Source: Octopus sinensis (Eukaryota). Taken from it: DNA of 64,000 bases. The stretch is taken from assembly GCF_006345805.1 (NCBI RefSeq), contig NC_043005.1, positions 67,890,001-67,954,000 on the forward strand, given 5' to 3'. The position numbers and the translations under genes are program-made. This document shows, piece by piece, positions 1 to 11,772 of the stretch (the stretch's first letter is position 1; each line of letters starts with the position of its first letter). The notes beneath the pieces are model-generated. The model saw nothing but the letters and a program-made list of their open reading frames with translations, did no database searches and had not been told where the DNA came from.

Positions 1-1382
1 AGGCGACGTCACTGAGGTCGATGTTAGTGATGGTGGTGGTGGTGGCATCGGGGGTGTAGTCGGTACTGTTGGTGTTGCTGTCGTTGACGTTGGTAAGGCT
101 ATTTTCTGTGGTGGTAGTGGTGTTGCTGGCTCTATTGATGGCTCTGCCCTCATGTCTACGTTCTGCTATGGCGGCTATATTTCCTGCCAGTGGAATTGGT
201 CGGGTTCGCCCGTACCTCGGCTTGATAAACGATACCTATTGGATTCGCAGTGGCCTTCTACTGGGCAACTGTTACGGATCTTGCATAAACAGATTCTCTT
301 AATTGCTTGAGGCACAGCTAAACGAGACCCAAACGTTGTGCCTGTTGAAAATGAGGACGTACCTATGGGAGTTAATAAAATGTTTGTCCATTAATCTTAG
401 GAAAAGTCTACCTACGGACGTTATAGTATTAAGGAAGCGGGGCGGAAAGCAAATTGTATTTCTGCGGCGTTTCCTTCTGCTGGTGTTGGGTTCTAATATA
501 TAGGAGATGCGGTCCTTCAACCCTCCGGCGGCAAGGGCCTCGTTATAGAATGGGACTGCCGCGTCGAAGGCTACTTGGTTAGAAGAAAGGCTCGAAATCT
601 CCTTACTAACACCGTTTAACAGGTTCTTGAACACGATGGGTGGGTGGTATGAGGATGTGTTGATGTATGTTAAACTCTCGTTTTGGTTTGAAGTAGGGCC
701 TGTAGGTACCGGAGCCCAAGTCCAGCGTTGGAAAAGGGAAGAGGACTTACGGAATTTCAGTTTGGGGATAATCCCTAGGAGGTCCGCTTCGAAGGGTTCG
801 AGGTCTTTAATTTTGAGCGAGTGTTTCCTCGATCTAATGCCATAGTTGTTTCCCTCCGGGCCTGGTGCGGCTAGGTCGTAGAGGAAAGCTTTCCATCTCA
901 TACGCTTAATCACGTCCATAATCTTCTCCAACAGCATTCGGGTGTTCAGTTCGTTGGACGGTGTGGGTATGTTTTGGGTGGAGTATCCGAGGTCGAATCG
1001 TTCCATATGTAAAAAGTAGAAGCGCTGCGCTGGTCAGCTATTTGGCGGAAACCACGTGGACACTGCAAAAAACTGCGACCAGATAGCAAAGAGAATAGTT
1101 TTTTCTTTTTTTAATAAAAACATAAATCCGAAGAAGAAGAACAATCTAAGAAGTAGAGCAGTCTATATTAATCACTGAAGATAATCCCCATTGTTTATAT
1201 CTGTATCGTTTCCCCCTTCATATTTTAAAAACGCCATAGGCCATCAGGTCTTAGGCTCTGAAGATACGCCATAAAGGTACCCTTTATGACGAGAAACCAG
1301 GGTAACCCAATAAACCGGCCTTTACCAGTAATTAATATAGACTGCTCTACTTCTTAGAGTGGGCTTCTCCGGATTTATGTTC
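1..1382 (-). mobile_element. Penelope-like retroelement, RT core deleted, with inverted pseudo-LTR at its 5' end; runs off the window edge
   Basis: ORF 299-1006 has the PLE N-terminus (YSTQNIPTP...IKRMRWKAF) joined to the post-RT region (LDLGSGTYRPYFKP in a shifted frame, SYHPP, FLRLMDKHF, IFNRHNVWVSFSC). This is followed by the CxC-CP-G-C linker and GIVYQAEV. Inverted repeat 1117-1172 versus 1331-1381. Confidence 0.88.
1251..1310 (+). ncRNA. Degenerate minimal type-I hammerhead ribozyme motif in PLE pseudo-LTR
   Basis: CTGAAGA 1258-1264; stem II cgccataaagg/cctttatgacg; GAAA 1293-1296; stem III ACC-ag-GGT; GUA site at 1302-1304. Stem I (ttaggct/acccaa) is imperfect. Confidence 0.65.
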
Positions 1383-2125
1383 TATATGCATGCATATATG
1401 GGTACAGGACGTCACCAACGGTGCAAAAAACATGAAATACGTAAACAAACGATAACAACAAAAAAGATGACAAATATCCGTCAGATGTAAATAATCTAAA
1501 CAAACGAGTTAAATACGTAAACAACGAGAAAATAAATGGCAAACAGGACAAGTAAACCCAGAGAAAGGAACTATCATCAGTTTTCGGCTATCTCCTCCTC
1601 ATTTCGAGCATTTAGCCTACAATTAGATGAACTCAGGTAGGAATAAAACTAATAAAAGTCATTATTGTGAATTATTAAAGAGGTTCAAAGGCATACCGGT
1701 TTCGTAAAATTACTGTTCACTGGCTTTGAATGCGCACCAATTACCGAACGGTGTCGGGTCTACTAGTCCCTGAGTAAAAAGATTATGTGTAAGGGAGGTA
1801 AATAGTTCTGGATTTGGTGCAATTAGGGTAGATATAATACTGTAATGTGAATGATGTATGAGATGAATGGGGGTTAGTGGTATAATTGAAGGATTAGTCG
1901 TGTTCTGTATTATATTATGTGTTCATATTGAGTTGTTGAAGATATTTATTGATGAAAGCTGCCACTTTATTCATTCTTTGCTGTACGGAGGTGTTCTGTG
2001 AACATTGATAGAAGGGGAAAATTAGGAAATTAGGATTAAGGTTCCTAGCACACCCTTCTATGTGTTCAATGACCTGTATCTGTCTGTATTGTGGGTGGCG
2101 AATTTGTTCTTTGTGGAGGTTGGCA
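1383..2125 (-). mobile_element. 3' fragment of a second Penelope-like family (GIY-YIG C-terminus plus 3' region)
   Basis: ORF 1915-2172 contains HKEQIRHPQYRQ...EHIEGC...FLIFPFYQC...FINKYLQQLN, which resembles the C-terminal half of PLE GIY-YIG endonucleases. Confidence 0.65.
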
Positions 2126-3425
2126 GCGTTAATCGAAAAGTTAACTTCGTTAATCATCAATCCGTTAATCAAAAAGTTAATTTCGTTAATCGTTAATCCG
2201 TTAATTCTTTGAAAATATAATGGAAGTTAACGTTAATCCGTTAACATAAACTTTTATTGAAAAAAGGCATAACTATAGTTTAATACCACCACCGACTTTG
2301 TTGCCTCATTACTTCCAGAAAAATGGATACTTTTAAACGAAGCTTTCACCAAATAATCGCTTATCTCTTGTAAATTGAGAGTATGTAAAGGTTTGTTGGA
2401 AAAAGTTTCCGAGGGGGTGGGGAGAGGAGTTTACGAAAATTCACAAGAACCGTCATTTTCCCCCTCATAACTTTCTGGAAAATAGGTATTTTTTAATGAA
2501 ATTTTATACACACGGTGTAGATTACGATTAAAAAAAAAGTTGTTGGCATAATTTTTGGAAGGGGGTGAGGGAGGAGTTTCTGGAAAACGGAGTTTCGGCT
2601 CAGACGGCTCACATAAGTTGGAATTTCTCAGTTGTGACGGGGAATTTTTCCAAATGCTTTCACTAAAGTCTTCAGAATGATGGGAGGCATCTTTTTACGA
2701 AAAAAAAAAGGAAAAAAAATGAAATTTTTTTTACTCTTGCCACCCGTGTGAGATACATTTTCGGTTTAAAAAAAAAATTGTAAATAATTTCAGAGGAAAT
2801 TGTGTGATTTAAGAGATATCTGGCTGTTGTTTCTAGCACATCCCCAAACCTCCCACCTCGTTTCTTTCTCACTCACACATTTATTGATATTTTTCAATGT
2901 TTTTCTCCCCATAAACAAATTTTATGGAATGTAGTCCCAACCGTGTGTAATAAGAATATAAAACATCTTTAGTATTCATATTAATCTCTCAAATGTAATG
3001 CTTATTTCTTCATGTTATTTTGAATTATTCAGGTTCAAGAGGGGGTTCCAGGCTATTTTGCATGCTTTCAACGAATGTCACATTGAAATCATGCGTAAAC
3101 AGCTCCATTTTCCAGAAAGAAAAAAAAAGAAAGATTTGGCTGCTATTTCTAGCATACCCTGCTACCACCTAACAGCTATTTGCATTCTCACCAAGATATT
3201 TACCAACTTTTTTCTTTCCATTTATTTTTTTCCACTTTATGGAAGTCAATATTTTCTCTGCTGACATCCACCTCAGCGAGGTCATGGATCAAATGGAAAC
3301 ACATCAATCACTGTTCCCTCTTGACAGGACAAAGAACTTTCCGCTGTCTTTGCAAGCAACAAGTGGGTGAATTTGGTTTCAGATCCAGGCAGGGCCAAAC
3401 GAGGTCCTACAAGTTATTTATAATA

Positions 3426-3995
3426 TCGGGTTGTCCGGAAAATTCGTGCCGATTTATAGTAGCTTACCTTTCGACTTATTTTAGAATATGGTTGAGTCTA
3501 TAAAATAGGATTTGACTACACCTCCATTTAGAGCACAGTTTAAGCTATCTTTTCGTGGAAGAAGGTTTATGTTCCTATATATAACCTGTGTTAATTCTGT
3601 AACCCTTTAAAATGGAAGATAAGAAAGTTCATTTTTGGTACTTGATGCTTTGGGAACCAGACAAAAATTGCTGCAGCTCGGCTGGGATGTGTTATCCCAC
3701 CCTCCGTATTCACCAGCTATTGTTCCTTCGGATTTCCACTTATTCAGGTCTCTGCAGAATAGTCTTAATGGTAAAAATTTCAATTCCTTGGATGACGTAA
3801 AAAGATACCTTGATGAATTCTTTGCCATGAAACCAGCTCAATTCTGGGAAGAGGGTATTTTCAAGTTAAAGGAAAAATGGAGACGCATTGTGCAACAAAA
3901 TGGTTGATATTTGGTTGATTAAAAATATAGTGGCAAGTATTTATTGACCGTTTTCTTTCCTTTAAAAATCGGCACGAACTTTCCGGACAACCCAA
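3426..3995 (+). mobile_element. Internally deleted mariner DNA transposon
   Basis: 30-bp TIRs (tcgggttgtccggaaaattcgtgccgattt / aaatcggcacgaactttccggacaacccaa), TA on both sides. Transposase C-terminus HPPYSPAIVPSDFHLFRSLQN in ORF 3635-3907. Confidence 0.92.
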
Positions 3996-4987
3996 TAATA
4001 TGTCGTGTTATATCGGGGATGAAAGAATGACGCGTACAATATTAAATATGCTAAGACAATTATGCTAAGACAATCTGAAAACAACAGAAACTTTTAAACG
4101 TTTACCGGTTTTTATGAAATTTAGGGGCTAACGGACTTGAGTTAACGGAAGTTAAATGTAACGGAAGTCCGATTATGATTTTCAAACTTAACGGACTTAC
4201 GCCCAGCTCTGTGGGCGTGTGTGTGTGGGGGGATCAAATGACGTGGTGGTAGCAGATGAAATAGGCATGCGGACGACATCAAAGTAAAAAAACAATGGGA
4301 AAGCATAGGATTGTTGTTTAAATAATTTATTTGATCCATACTGGCATTTACTTGTTGAGTACACCAAAAAATTCACTACGTGACATTACCACCTGGCTTC
4401 GAGTTGGTAAAGAAGAAAATAAACAGGGGAAATAGTGTGTCGGTGTGATGAGGTAGACACAGGCATGTTTTGTGTCTGTGTGTGCGTTGGTCATTCAGTA
4501 GTGTCTGTTTATGTTCTGCGACTGTTACTGTCTTGGGTCATTCATGCTGAATATGTGATTCTATGTTGGCTGCTTGACTGGTGCAAGTTACTCGTTGGCT
4601 GTCTCGCCTGGTGATGGCTCTCGGCAATCCCTTGACTGATTGCTGTATTCATAATGGTCGTGACAGCTTGAAGAACAGACACACTACAGAAGTAATTCCT
4701 TCTTATGTAGGTCGCCTCCTGTCCACTTGAACCTTAAATGAAACGGCTCGGGTCGAAGGGTTCAGTTCTACTGCGTAGCCTCGAGCCGACCAAAGCCTAG
4801 TGAGTGGATTTGGTTGACGGAAACTGAAAGAAGCCCGTCGTATTTATACATGTGTATGTGTATCTGTATTTGACGACTGATGTTGGTATGTTTAGGTCAC
4901 CGTAACCTAGCGGTTCGGCAAAAGAGACCGAGAGAATAAGTATTAGGCTTACAAACGATTTGTTCGACTAAAAGGCGGTGTTTTACC

Positions 4988-5385
4988 GGCTGTGTGGTAA
5001 GTAGCTTGCTTACCAACCACATGGTTCTGGGTTCATTCCCACTGCGTGGCACCTTGGGTAAGTGTCTTCTACTATAGCCTCGGGCCGACCAAATCCTTGA
5101 GTGGATTTAGTAGACGGAAACTGAAAGAAGCCTGTCTTATATGTGTATATATATATATGTATGTGTGTATATGTTTGTGTGTCTGTGTTTGTCCCCCCAC
5201 CATTGCTTGACAACCGACGGTGGTGTGTTTACGTCCCCGTTACTTAGCGGTTCAGCAAAAGAGACTGATAGAATAAGTACTAGGCTTACAAAGAATATGT
5301 CCTGGGGTCGATTTACTCGACTAAAAGGCGGTGCTCCAGCATGGCCGCAGTCAAATGACTGAAACAAGTAAGAGAGGGTAAAAGA
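4988..5385 (+). mobile_element. tRNA-derived SINE, family A (CORE-like ccttgggcaag box, internal TA/TG repeat, LINE-derived tail)
   Basis: Pol III A/B-box-like head (gtgtggtaagtagc; gggttcattccc). Many related copies in the window, e.g. about 4770-4985, 11820-11990, 18381-18760(-), 21441-21842, 22090-22250(-), 26125-26515(-), 26620-26800(-), 28185-28330(-), 43151-43520(-), 43695-44073(-), 49350-49720(-). Confidence 0.85.
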
Positions 5386-5389
5386 TATA

Positions 5390-6068
5390 TGTAGCGAATC
5401 CTGCAAGCATGAAGTGGATTCGATCCACCAGAGCCAAATTTAAATCAACACTGCTACAGAACTTTTCCCACGATGGAACAATGGTTTCTCTCTGACAGCA
5501 GTTTTACATTTTCCAGAAGCCTTTAGCTAGGCCGAAATAATGTCTTCACTACTTGACCCTTTCTAACCTCTTCTACTTCACCAAAAGCTAGAATAGATAA
5601 CAAGACCACCAACTAAATCTATTGTTCTCAACGATATATCTATCCTTCTGGATCTTAATATAAGCAAGCACGTCCCAAGCAAAAATCAGTTAGTCACCAA
5701 TCGGTGACATCTCAATGAGGTCTGGCAGACCAACCTTGGTCGGAGGGAGAAGGCAACTGTGGGACAACACCCTATAATTCTCTCTAAGCTCTAATTCTGT
5801 TCTCTCACAACATCATTCTATCTCTTTCAGCAATTACTACTAACAACGAAGGGAACCCAAACCAAAATTCTACTTGCATCTAACTTTCGCATGCTTTTGG
5901 GATTTATCAACCTGCCCGTCGAGGCAAGGTATTTGTAACGTAACGGTAAATAAAAACTTTCTTAAAACTTTATACATCGTGCATCTTTCTCATCTTACAA
6001 CATGCAGTTATAACAACAAACTCGTATCGTTACAACTGGTAACTACCAAATCAATCACGACCGTTACA
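5390..6068 (+). mobile_element. Possible solo LTR
   Basis: Begins TGTAGCG and ends CGTTACA (7-bp terminal inverted match, 1 mismatch), with internal TATA-like and AATAAA motifs. No convincing TSD. Confidence 0.45.
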
Positions 6069-6089
6069 TTTATATATATATATATATAT

Positions 6090-6125
<36 letters not shown>

Positions 6126-6159
6126 CATACATACACACAAACATACACACATACATATA

Positions 6160-6213
<54 letters not shown>

Positions 6214-6352
6214 GGCAGGCTTCTTTCAGTTTCCGTCTACAAGGCACTGGTCGGCCCGGGGCTATAGTAGAAGACACTTGCCCAAGATGCCACGCAGTGG
6301 GACTGAACCCGGAACCATGTGGCTGGTTAGCAAGCTACATATATATATAATT

Positions 6353-6462
6353 GCCAACCAAGTGTGGTGTTCTATACGGGACAATGCTACTGTCCCGTAT
6401 AGGACGCCACACTTATACGGGACAGTAGCATTGTCCCGTATAGAACACAACACTTGGTTGTC
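6353..6462. repeat. Nested palindrome (possible MITE)
   Basis: 47-bp arms 6355-6401 and 6414-6460 with 1 mismatch. Each arm contains an 11-bp hairpin TATACGGGACA-7nt-TGTCCCGTATA. Confidence 0.9.
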
Positions 6463-6520
6463 GATTATACGCTACGATTTCGTATTGCTACTGTTTACAT
6501 TTCGCTCAGAGATTTAATAT

Positions 6521-6618
<98 letters not shown>

Positions 6619-6639
6619 GTCTTGTGTATGTATACATCT

Positions 6640-7100
6640 GCATCGTGAGTATACCGGCTCACAAGCTTAAAGTAAAAGGAACTGATTAAGTTTACTAAAT
6701 ACGTTCCATGTTTTACACATGCACTAAATTTGGTTGGAAAATGCACTGATGAATTTTTTTAAGAAGCATTAATGTTCACTGAATTTGTACACACATTTTG
6801 TGCCTATATTAAGTACTCATTTTCCTATTGTGAAAAGAATGCCATCTACCACGAGATCAGCTCGTACAGATGCAACAGAAGCACTTTTATACTACTTTTT
6901 CTGCAATTAAACAAATCTTGGATGATCAGCAGAGAGCGTGTCGACAAACAGGTTCGTAGACTACTTTCGATCATGATTAAATTAGGAAATGGAATAATAG
7001 TCTATTGTGAGATTAAGTATCAGTCTTGATTTGCAGTCGCCTGGCTAAGGCTTGAAAAATAACTGTACACTAAAAATTCTTGCATGGCTATATTCAAGCT
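6640..7100 (+). mobile_element. Decayed hAT transposase fragment
   Basis: YVPCFTHALNLVGK at 6700-6741 (hAT CxxH motif), followed with frameshifts and stops by PSTTRSARTDATEALL...SAIKQILDD (cf. hAT LSxTRWSARxDA). Confidence 0.7.
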
Positions 7101-10100
7101 TCGCCTGTTGCGTAGCTTGGGTTTTAACTGCCCTGTGCGGGACCAGATAGGCCTCCTATCGCTACAGCAAACACGTTTAAGTGACCGTCCTGTGCAAACC
7201 ACACTGGGTTATGCAGTCTACGTTTTCAGCGTTTAGCCACCGGTCAGCTCTGATCAATCGTGATCATTGTCTTTTTGTTTGGTTCAAGTTGATATTACAC
7301 AATTTTTCTTTAAAAAAAAAAAATTGTAAGATGTGATTTTGAGGGAAGAGATTTGACTGCTATTTCTAGCGATGTGTACTTACGAGGAGTGCTATTGTTG
7401 ATCATCAGTAACTGTAAGGAAGTTAGTAACACACTGCCATATCAGTAACAGTGTTGGTAACGGTGGAGAGAAGTCAGTATGCGAACTGATTTAATAGTGC
7501 GGGGTCGTAGATGGTGTAGCTGCTGCTGATGATTTTCACTCCGACTTAGACTAAAGACCTTTAAAACTTTTAGTCTTTTTAAGACTGGCGACAGTATTAC
7601 TAGTACAGTAACGATAATTTTGCACAATCAAGTTATACGTGTACTTCACATTGTGACGGCTATACAAATAACATTAATAGATAAATATATATTTATATAT
7701 ATATATATTTATAGTAAATCCTTGGACACTCCCTCGCATCAATTTAGTAAGTATACAAATTATTTTGATTTATCAGCATAAAAACTTGCATCGCCACTAA
7801 CCGTAAAATCATTCCCGCAAAATGATTTGTAAATGTTATACGCACAAGTTTTGCATACACGTATACAGTACATGATTTTATGCCGGTTTCAAGACAACAA
7901 AATCACGTCATTTAAATTGTTGCTCTGAAAATATTCCCCTTACACATACTGTGTATATATATATATTTACCATCAGTAATCTGATGGTAAATATTTAAGT
8001 AGAGTGGAATACCCAGTTAATGCTTCCACGTTCATCGTTAAGCCGAATCTAAAGGCCACTGACAGGCAACATTTTACATAAAGACACATTCTTCTAATGT
8101 AAAAATTCTAACATTTTTTGGTATTTAGCTATTGTTAATATAGTTTATGATAAGCTTGTTTCCAATAATTGGGGTAATTATAAATTAATATTTGTCTCTT
8201 TAGTGGCTAAATTTTCAGATTTGCGACTTATTAATATATAATTGAGAAACGGCGGAGTTTCGGAACAAGCATCCTGTCTAGAAAATGTTCTCTTTTTAGG
8301 TATTTCCGAAAATGTCTTCAGTTCCTCTTTTAAACATTGACGTTTAAGATTCTGATTCCTTTAATTTCCCATTCTATTGCTCCATTCCTCTGTTTTGCAA
8401 CCGGCTATATGGTTTCCATATATTTTTCGAATAATCGTTTAAGCTTAGAAAATTACCATTTTCCAAAAAATAATTAAATTTTTTAACCCTCCGGCGAATT
8501 ACAAGATTCTATCTCTCCCGGTGTTTAACGAAGTGTGTGTGTATAAAAAAAATCAAGAAATTTTAATACATTAGTTACGGTATTTTCTTCTGAAGTCCAG
8601 CCCGAACAAACACCTGTGAATTATAAACCGCTGTTAATATATATTTAAGAACTTAAGGCAAAGCCTCAACCCAGTTTTTGCCCGATGCCGGGAATATACG
8701 TTTCAATTTCCAATAAACAAACATATACTCATATACATGTAATTTGACAACTTTTTGTATATCCATAATAGTTAACTCGCGCCTGCGTAAACGCACACAC
8801 CTTCACACCACACGTGTATTTAGAGAAATGGAAGTTATTACTGACGTTTATACAAGTACCAAATCTTAGCTGACGTGGTACTATTTCTGTTTGATTGTTA
8901 TTGGTTTGGTTTGTTCTTTTTTTTTTTTTTAATTCTTTCATTTAGTTAAAATCATAACTAATTGTAACTTAGTCGCAAGTTCAGAAATTTAGGACTGTTT
9001 GCAGTTGATTAATGAAACCATATTACTGGTACTTTCTCAATCGACCCCGAGAGGATGGAAGAATTCATTCCATAAGATTTGAACTAATAGCTGAAAGGGA
9101 TGTAACCAAATACCGCAGTTCATAATATACCTTTTTACCCCCCTCCCTTTTAAGGGGTTGAGGGATAATTTATAAGTAGGTTTTTTTGGGGGGTTTTTTT
9201 TGGAAAGACTTCCGCCTATTCCCTTTCTCCCAAATTTATTTAAATTTTTTTTTTTCCAAAAATCCCCGTTTTCGGATACGGAGGTTCAGGGAAATTGCCA
9301 AAAATTGGCATTGTGAAAATTTTCCGCCCCCAAACTTCAACTTTGACTTTTTTCCGCAACACTAACCCTAAAACTATAACCACAGAAATGTTTTAAAATT
9401 TTTGTCCGAATCCTGATGTCCGTATTTTCCCGCGTATTTAGAAAAGAAAAAATTCTTTAAAAAAATATTTTACAAAGATTTTTGGAAATTTTTTTTCAGA
9501 ATCTAAGGCGGTGCTCCAGCATGGCCACAGTCAAATGATTGAAACAAGTAAAGAAAAAAAAAAAATCATAATCTCCGTATTTTTCCGCATGTTTTGAGGG
9601 GGAAAAAATTCTGGAAAAAGTTTTTAAAATGAAGGAAATAGGGGTGGGGTGAGGGGTAATTTAGAAATGTCGATTTTTGCCAATTTTTCTGCAAGTCGTA
9701 TTCCCCATAGTGGGGTTTGTGTCGAAAAAAAAAAGTTTTAAAAAAGGGTGGTTAGGGGGAGGAGGGACTGGCGGAAGTCTTGCCTTTTTTTTTGGGGTTT
9801 CTGTTTTATATTTTTTGCAAGCGTAAAGAATACGTACACTCAGGGATTAGGGTTAGGGTTTTTGTCAGGCCGAAAACCAGTGCTGTACATATTCTTTACC
9901 TCGGTCTTTTTTTTTTTTTTTTCAATTCTTTATATTTACCATATGCACATCTCTTGAAATATTCTGGGAGGGGGTTAGTCTATAACGTCAACCCCCGTGC
10001 TCAACTGGTACCTATTTTATCAACCCCCCCACCAAAGGATGAAAGACAAAATCGACCTTAGCAGAATGTGAATTCATAAAGTAATGAGTTCATTTTAAGG

Positions 10101-10109
10101 AACATATTA

Positions 10110-10462
10110 TCTCTATATATATAAATGGCAAAATGTCTGTCCTTTAGACAAATCCACAATTTTTCAGTTAGAGGGCTTGCACTTTCTATGGTCATTCAAA
10201 ACCGTCCAAGGGTGGCCGTGCACATCTTTACATTTCCCCAGTCACCCCGCAAAGCCATTAAAAAAATCAATAGAAGTGACTTTTTTGTGAATTTGCTAAA
10301 ACCCAATCAAAATGCCCAAAACTTGATACACCAATTGAATGCCAGCTAGCTGTATGTGGTTGGTCAGAGATTTGGACAGTACTCACGTGTATGTGCGCAT
10401 GCATGCAGCTGTATATGCATGCAGTAGCACTATGACCCGGCGTTACCGGGTCATAGTGCTAG
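10110..10462 (+). mobile_element. Non-autonomous Helitron
   Basis: A^TC 5' end, 16-bp stem hairpin 10425-10461 with 5-nt loop, CTAG^T 3' end. Confidence 0.85.
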
Positions 10463-10474
10463 TTTTAACTACAA

Positions 10475-11073
10475 TGTGAAAAGTGAACAAAATGGTCACA
10501 GAATAAGTTTTACTTCTATGGGGGGAAAACAATGGAATTGTAGGAAATGCTAATTGAAACAGATTTGCAAGCCCACAAAATATTCATTGGGAGTCAATGA
10601 CAGTTATCTCTCCTAATCGAACATTCTAGAATATTCCAGAAAATTCTAGGTGAACATGATTAACTCCCCCATTGCTAATGTACTACGCATAACTTCAAAA
10701 TAGCACTAGTAGCACATCACCTATTTAAGCGGCATTCCTGCTTAAATCAGCCTCTCTCTGTTTCTTCAAGACACAAGGTCCACCTTGACCTAGAAAGAAC
10801 CAGGCACATGAATTCGATATCTGATTTCCTACCAATAGCTCATCATGGTATTCTATGCCTGGTGCTTGTGGAAAGTAAATCTCATAGCTTGATATTTTTT
10901 TCTATTTACTCAGTCATCATGGAACATGGCAAGTTGTTCAAAATCTTTCCTCACCCCAGAAATCTTTATTGAACATTGTATACTCTCTGTACACGTTCAT
11001 TTATCAAATGTCAATAAAACCTTGAACATGAAGCTATTCACACAGGATAAGTGTTATTGTCTTTTATTACACA
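10475..11073 (+). mobile_element. Possible solo LTR
   Basis: TGTG...CACA ends, ttctagaatattccagaaaattctag motif, TATTTAAG TATA-like motif and AATAAA near the 3' end. No TSD found. Confidence 0.35.
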
Positions 11074-11316
11074 GAAATATTTCATGGTTATTGGATTAAT
11101 GATTCAGTCCATTGACATTTTTATTAGCGATTTCCCATGCTAAACGATTGATCTAACTAGTTTCTAGTCTTCATGCCAGAATAGTTAATGGAGTCTGGTT
11201 CGGCCCCCAGCCTTACTGGCTCAGGTCAAACTGCCCAACGAATGCCAGCATGAAAAATGGATGTTAAATGATGAAGATGCATGTTTTCTATGTGCCTTCA
11301 CAGTGATACCCTTTAA

Positions 11317-11772
11317 CCCTTTCATTAGCAACCCAGCTGAAACTGGCTCTGGCTCTGAGTACAAACATCTTGTTTTCATAAGTTTTGAATTAAAATTTTC
11401 CACCAAACCTTAGTCACAATTTATGTTCCTAACACTTTATGAAAACTAAGTTATTTTACTAAATCCTTTGTTATATCTTTATATATAAAGCTGAAGTTGT
11501 CTTTGTGTGGCAGGTTTGGTAGCCTTCAACTAACACTATCTCCTCCAAGACCCTGCAGTGCAAGTTGACCAAAATTGAGAGTATGATAGAAGAAGGCTTG
11601 CTCTTCATTCTGTAGAAGAAAAAATTCAAATCAGACCATGTTAAGACCAAAAATTATTTACATCAAAAGGTGCTTTTCTTCTATGAAAATCCCTATTTTT
11701 TACGATTTTTTGACTGCTGTGTTGCCATTTTTTGGTGTATTTCAACCAGAAATAAATACAGTAATGAAAGGG
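11317..11772. mobile_element. piggyBac-type MITE carrying a nested Helitron fragment (11476-about 11752)
   Basis: TTAA|CCCTTT...AAAGGG|TTAA. The insert is homologous to the Helitron at 51509-51886. Uninterrupted relatives at 28998-29116 and 44182-44403. Confidence 0.85.

Noticed and set aside
69-845. Plus-strand ORFs 69-302, 303-503 and 627-845
   Set aside because: Antisense shadows of the minus-strand Penelope ORF.
1560-1640. CTGATGA and GAAA on the minus strand of the second PLE fragment
   Set aside because: Order and spacing do not give helices I-III with an NUH site; at best a heavily decayed ribozyme.
2118-4210. One large hAT-like element defined by gttaa/ccgttaa-rich ends at about 2120-2250 and 4120-4210
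   Set aside because: Subterminal motifs look related, but I could not identify matching TIRs or an 8-bp TSD.
9840-9865. TTAGGG repeats as an interstitial telomere (also 60050-60066)
   Set aside because: Only 2-3 units, embedded in dispersed repeats.
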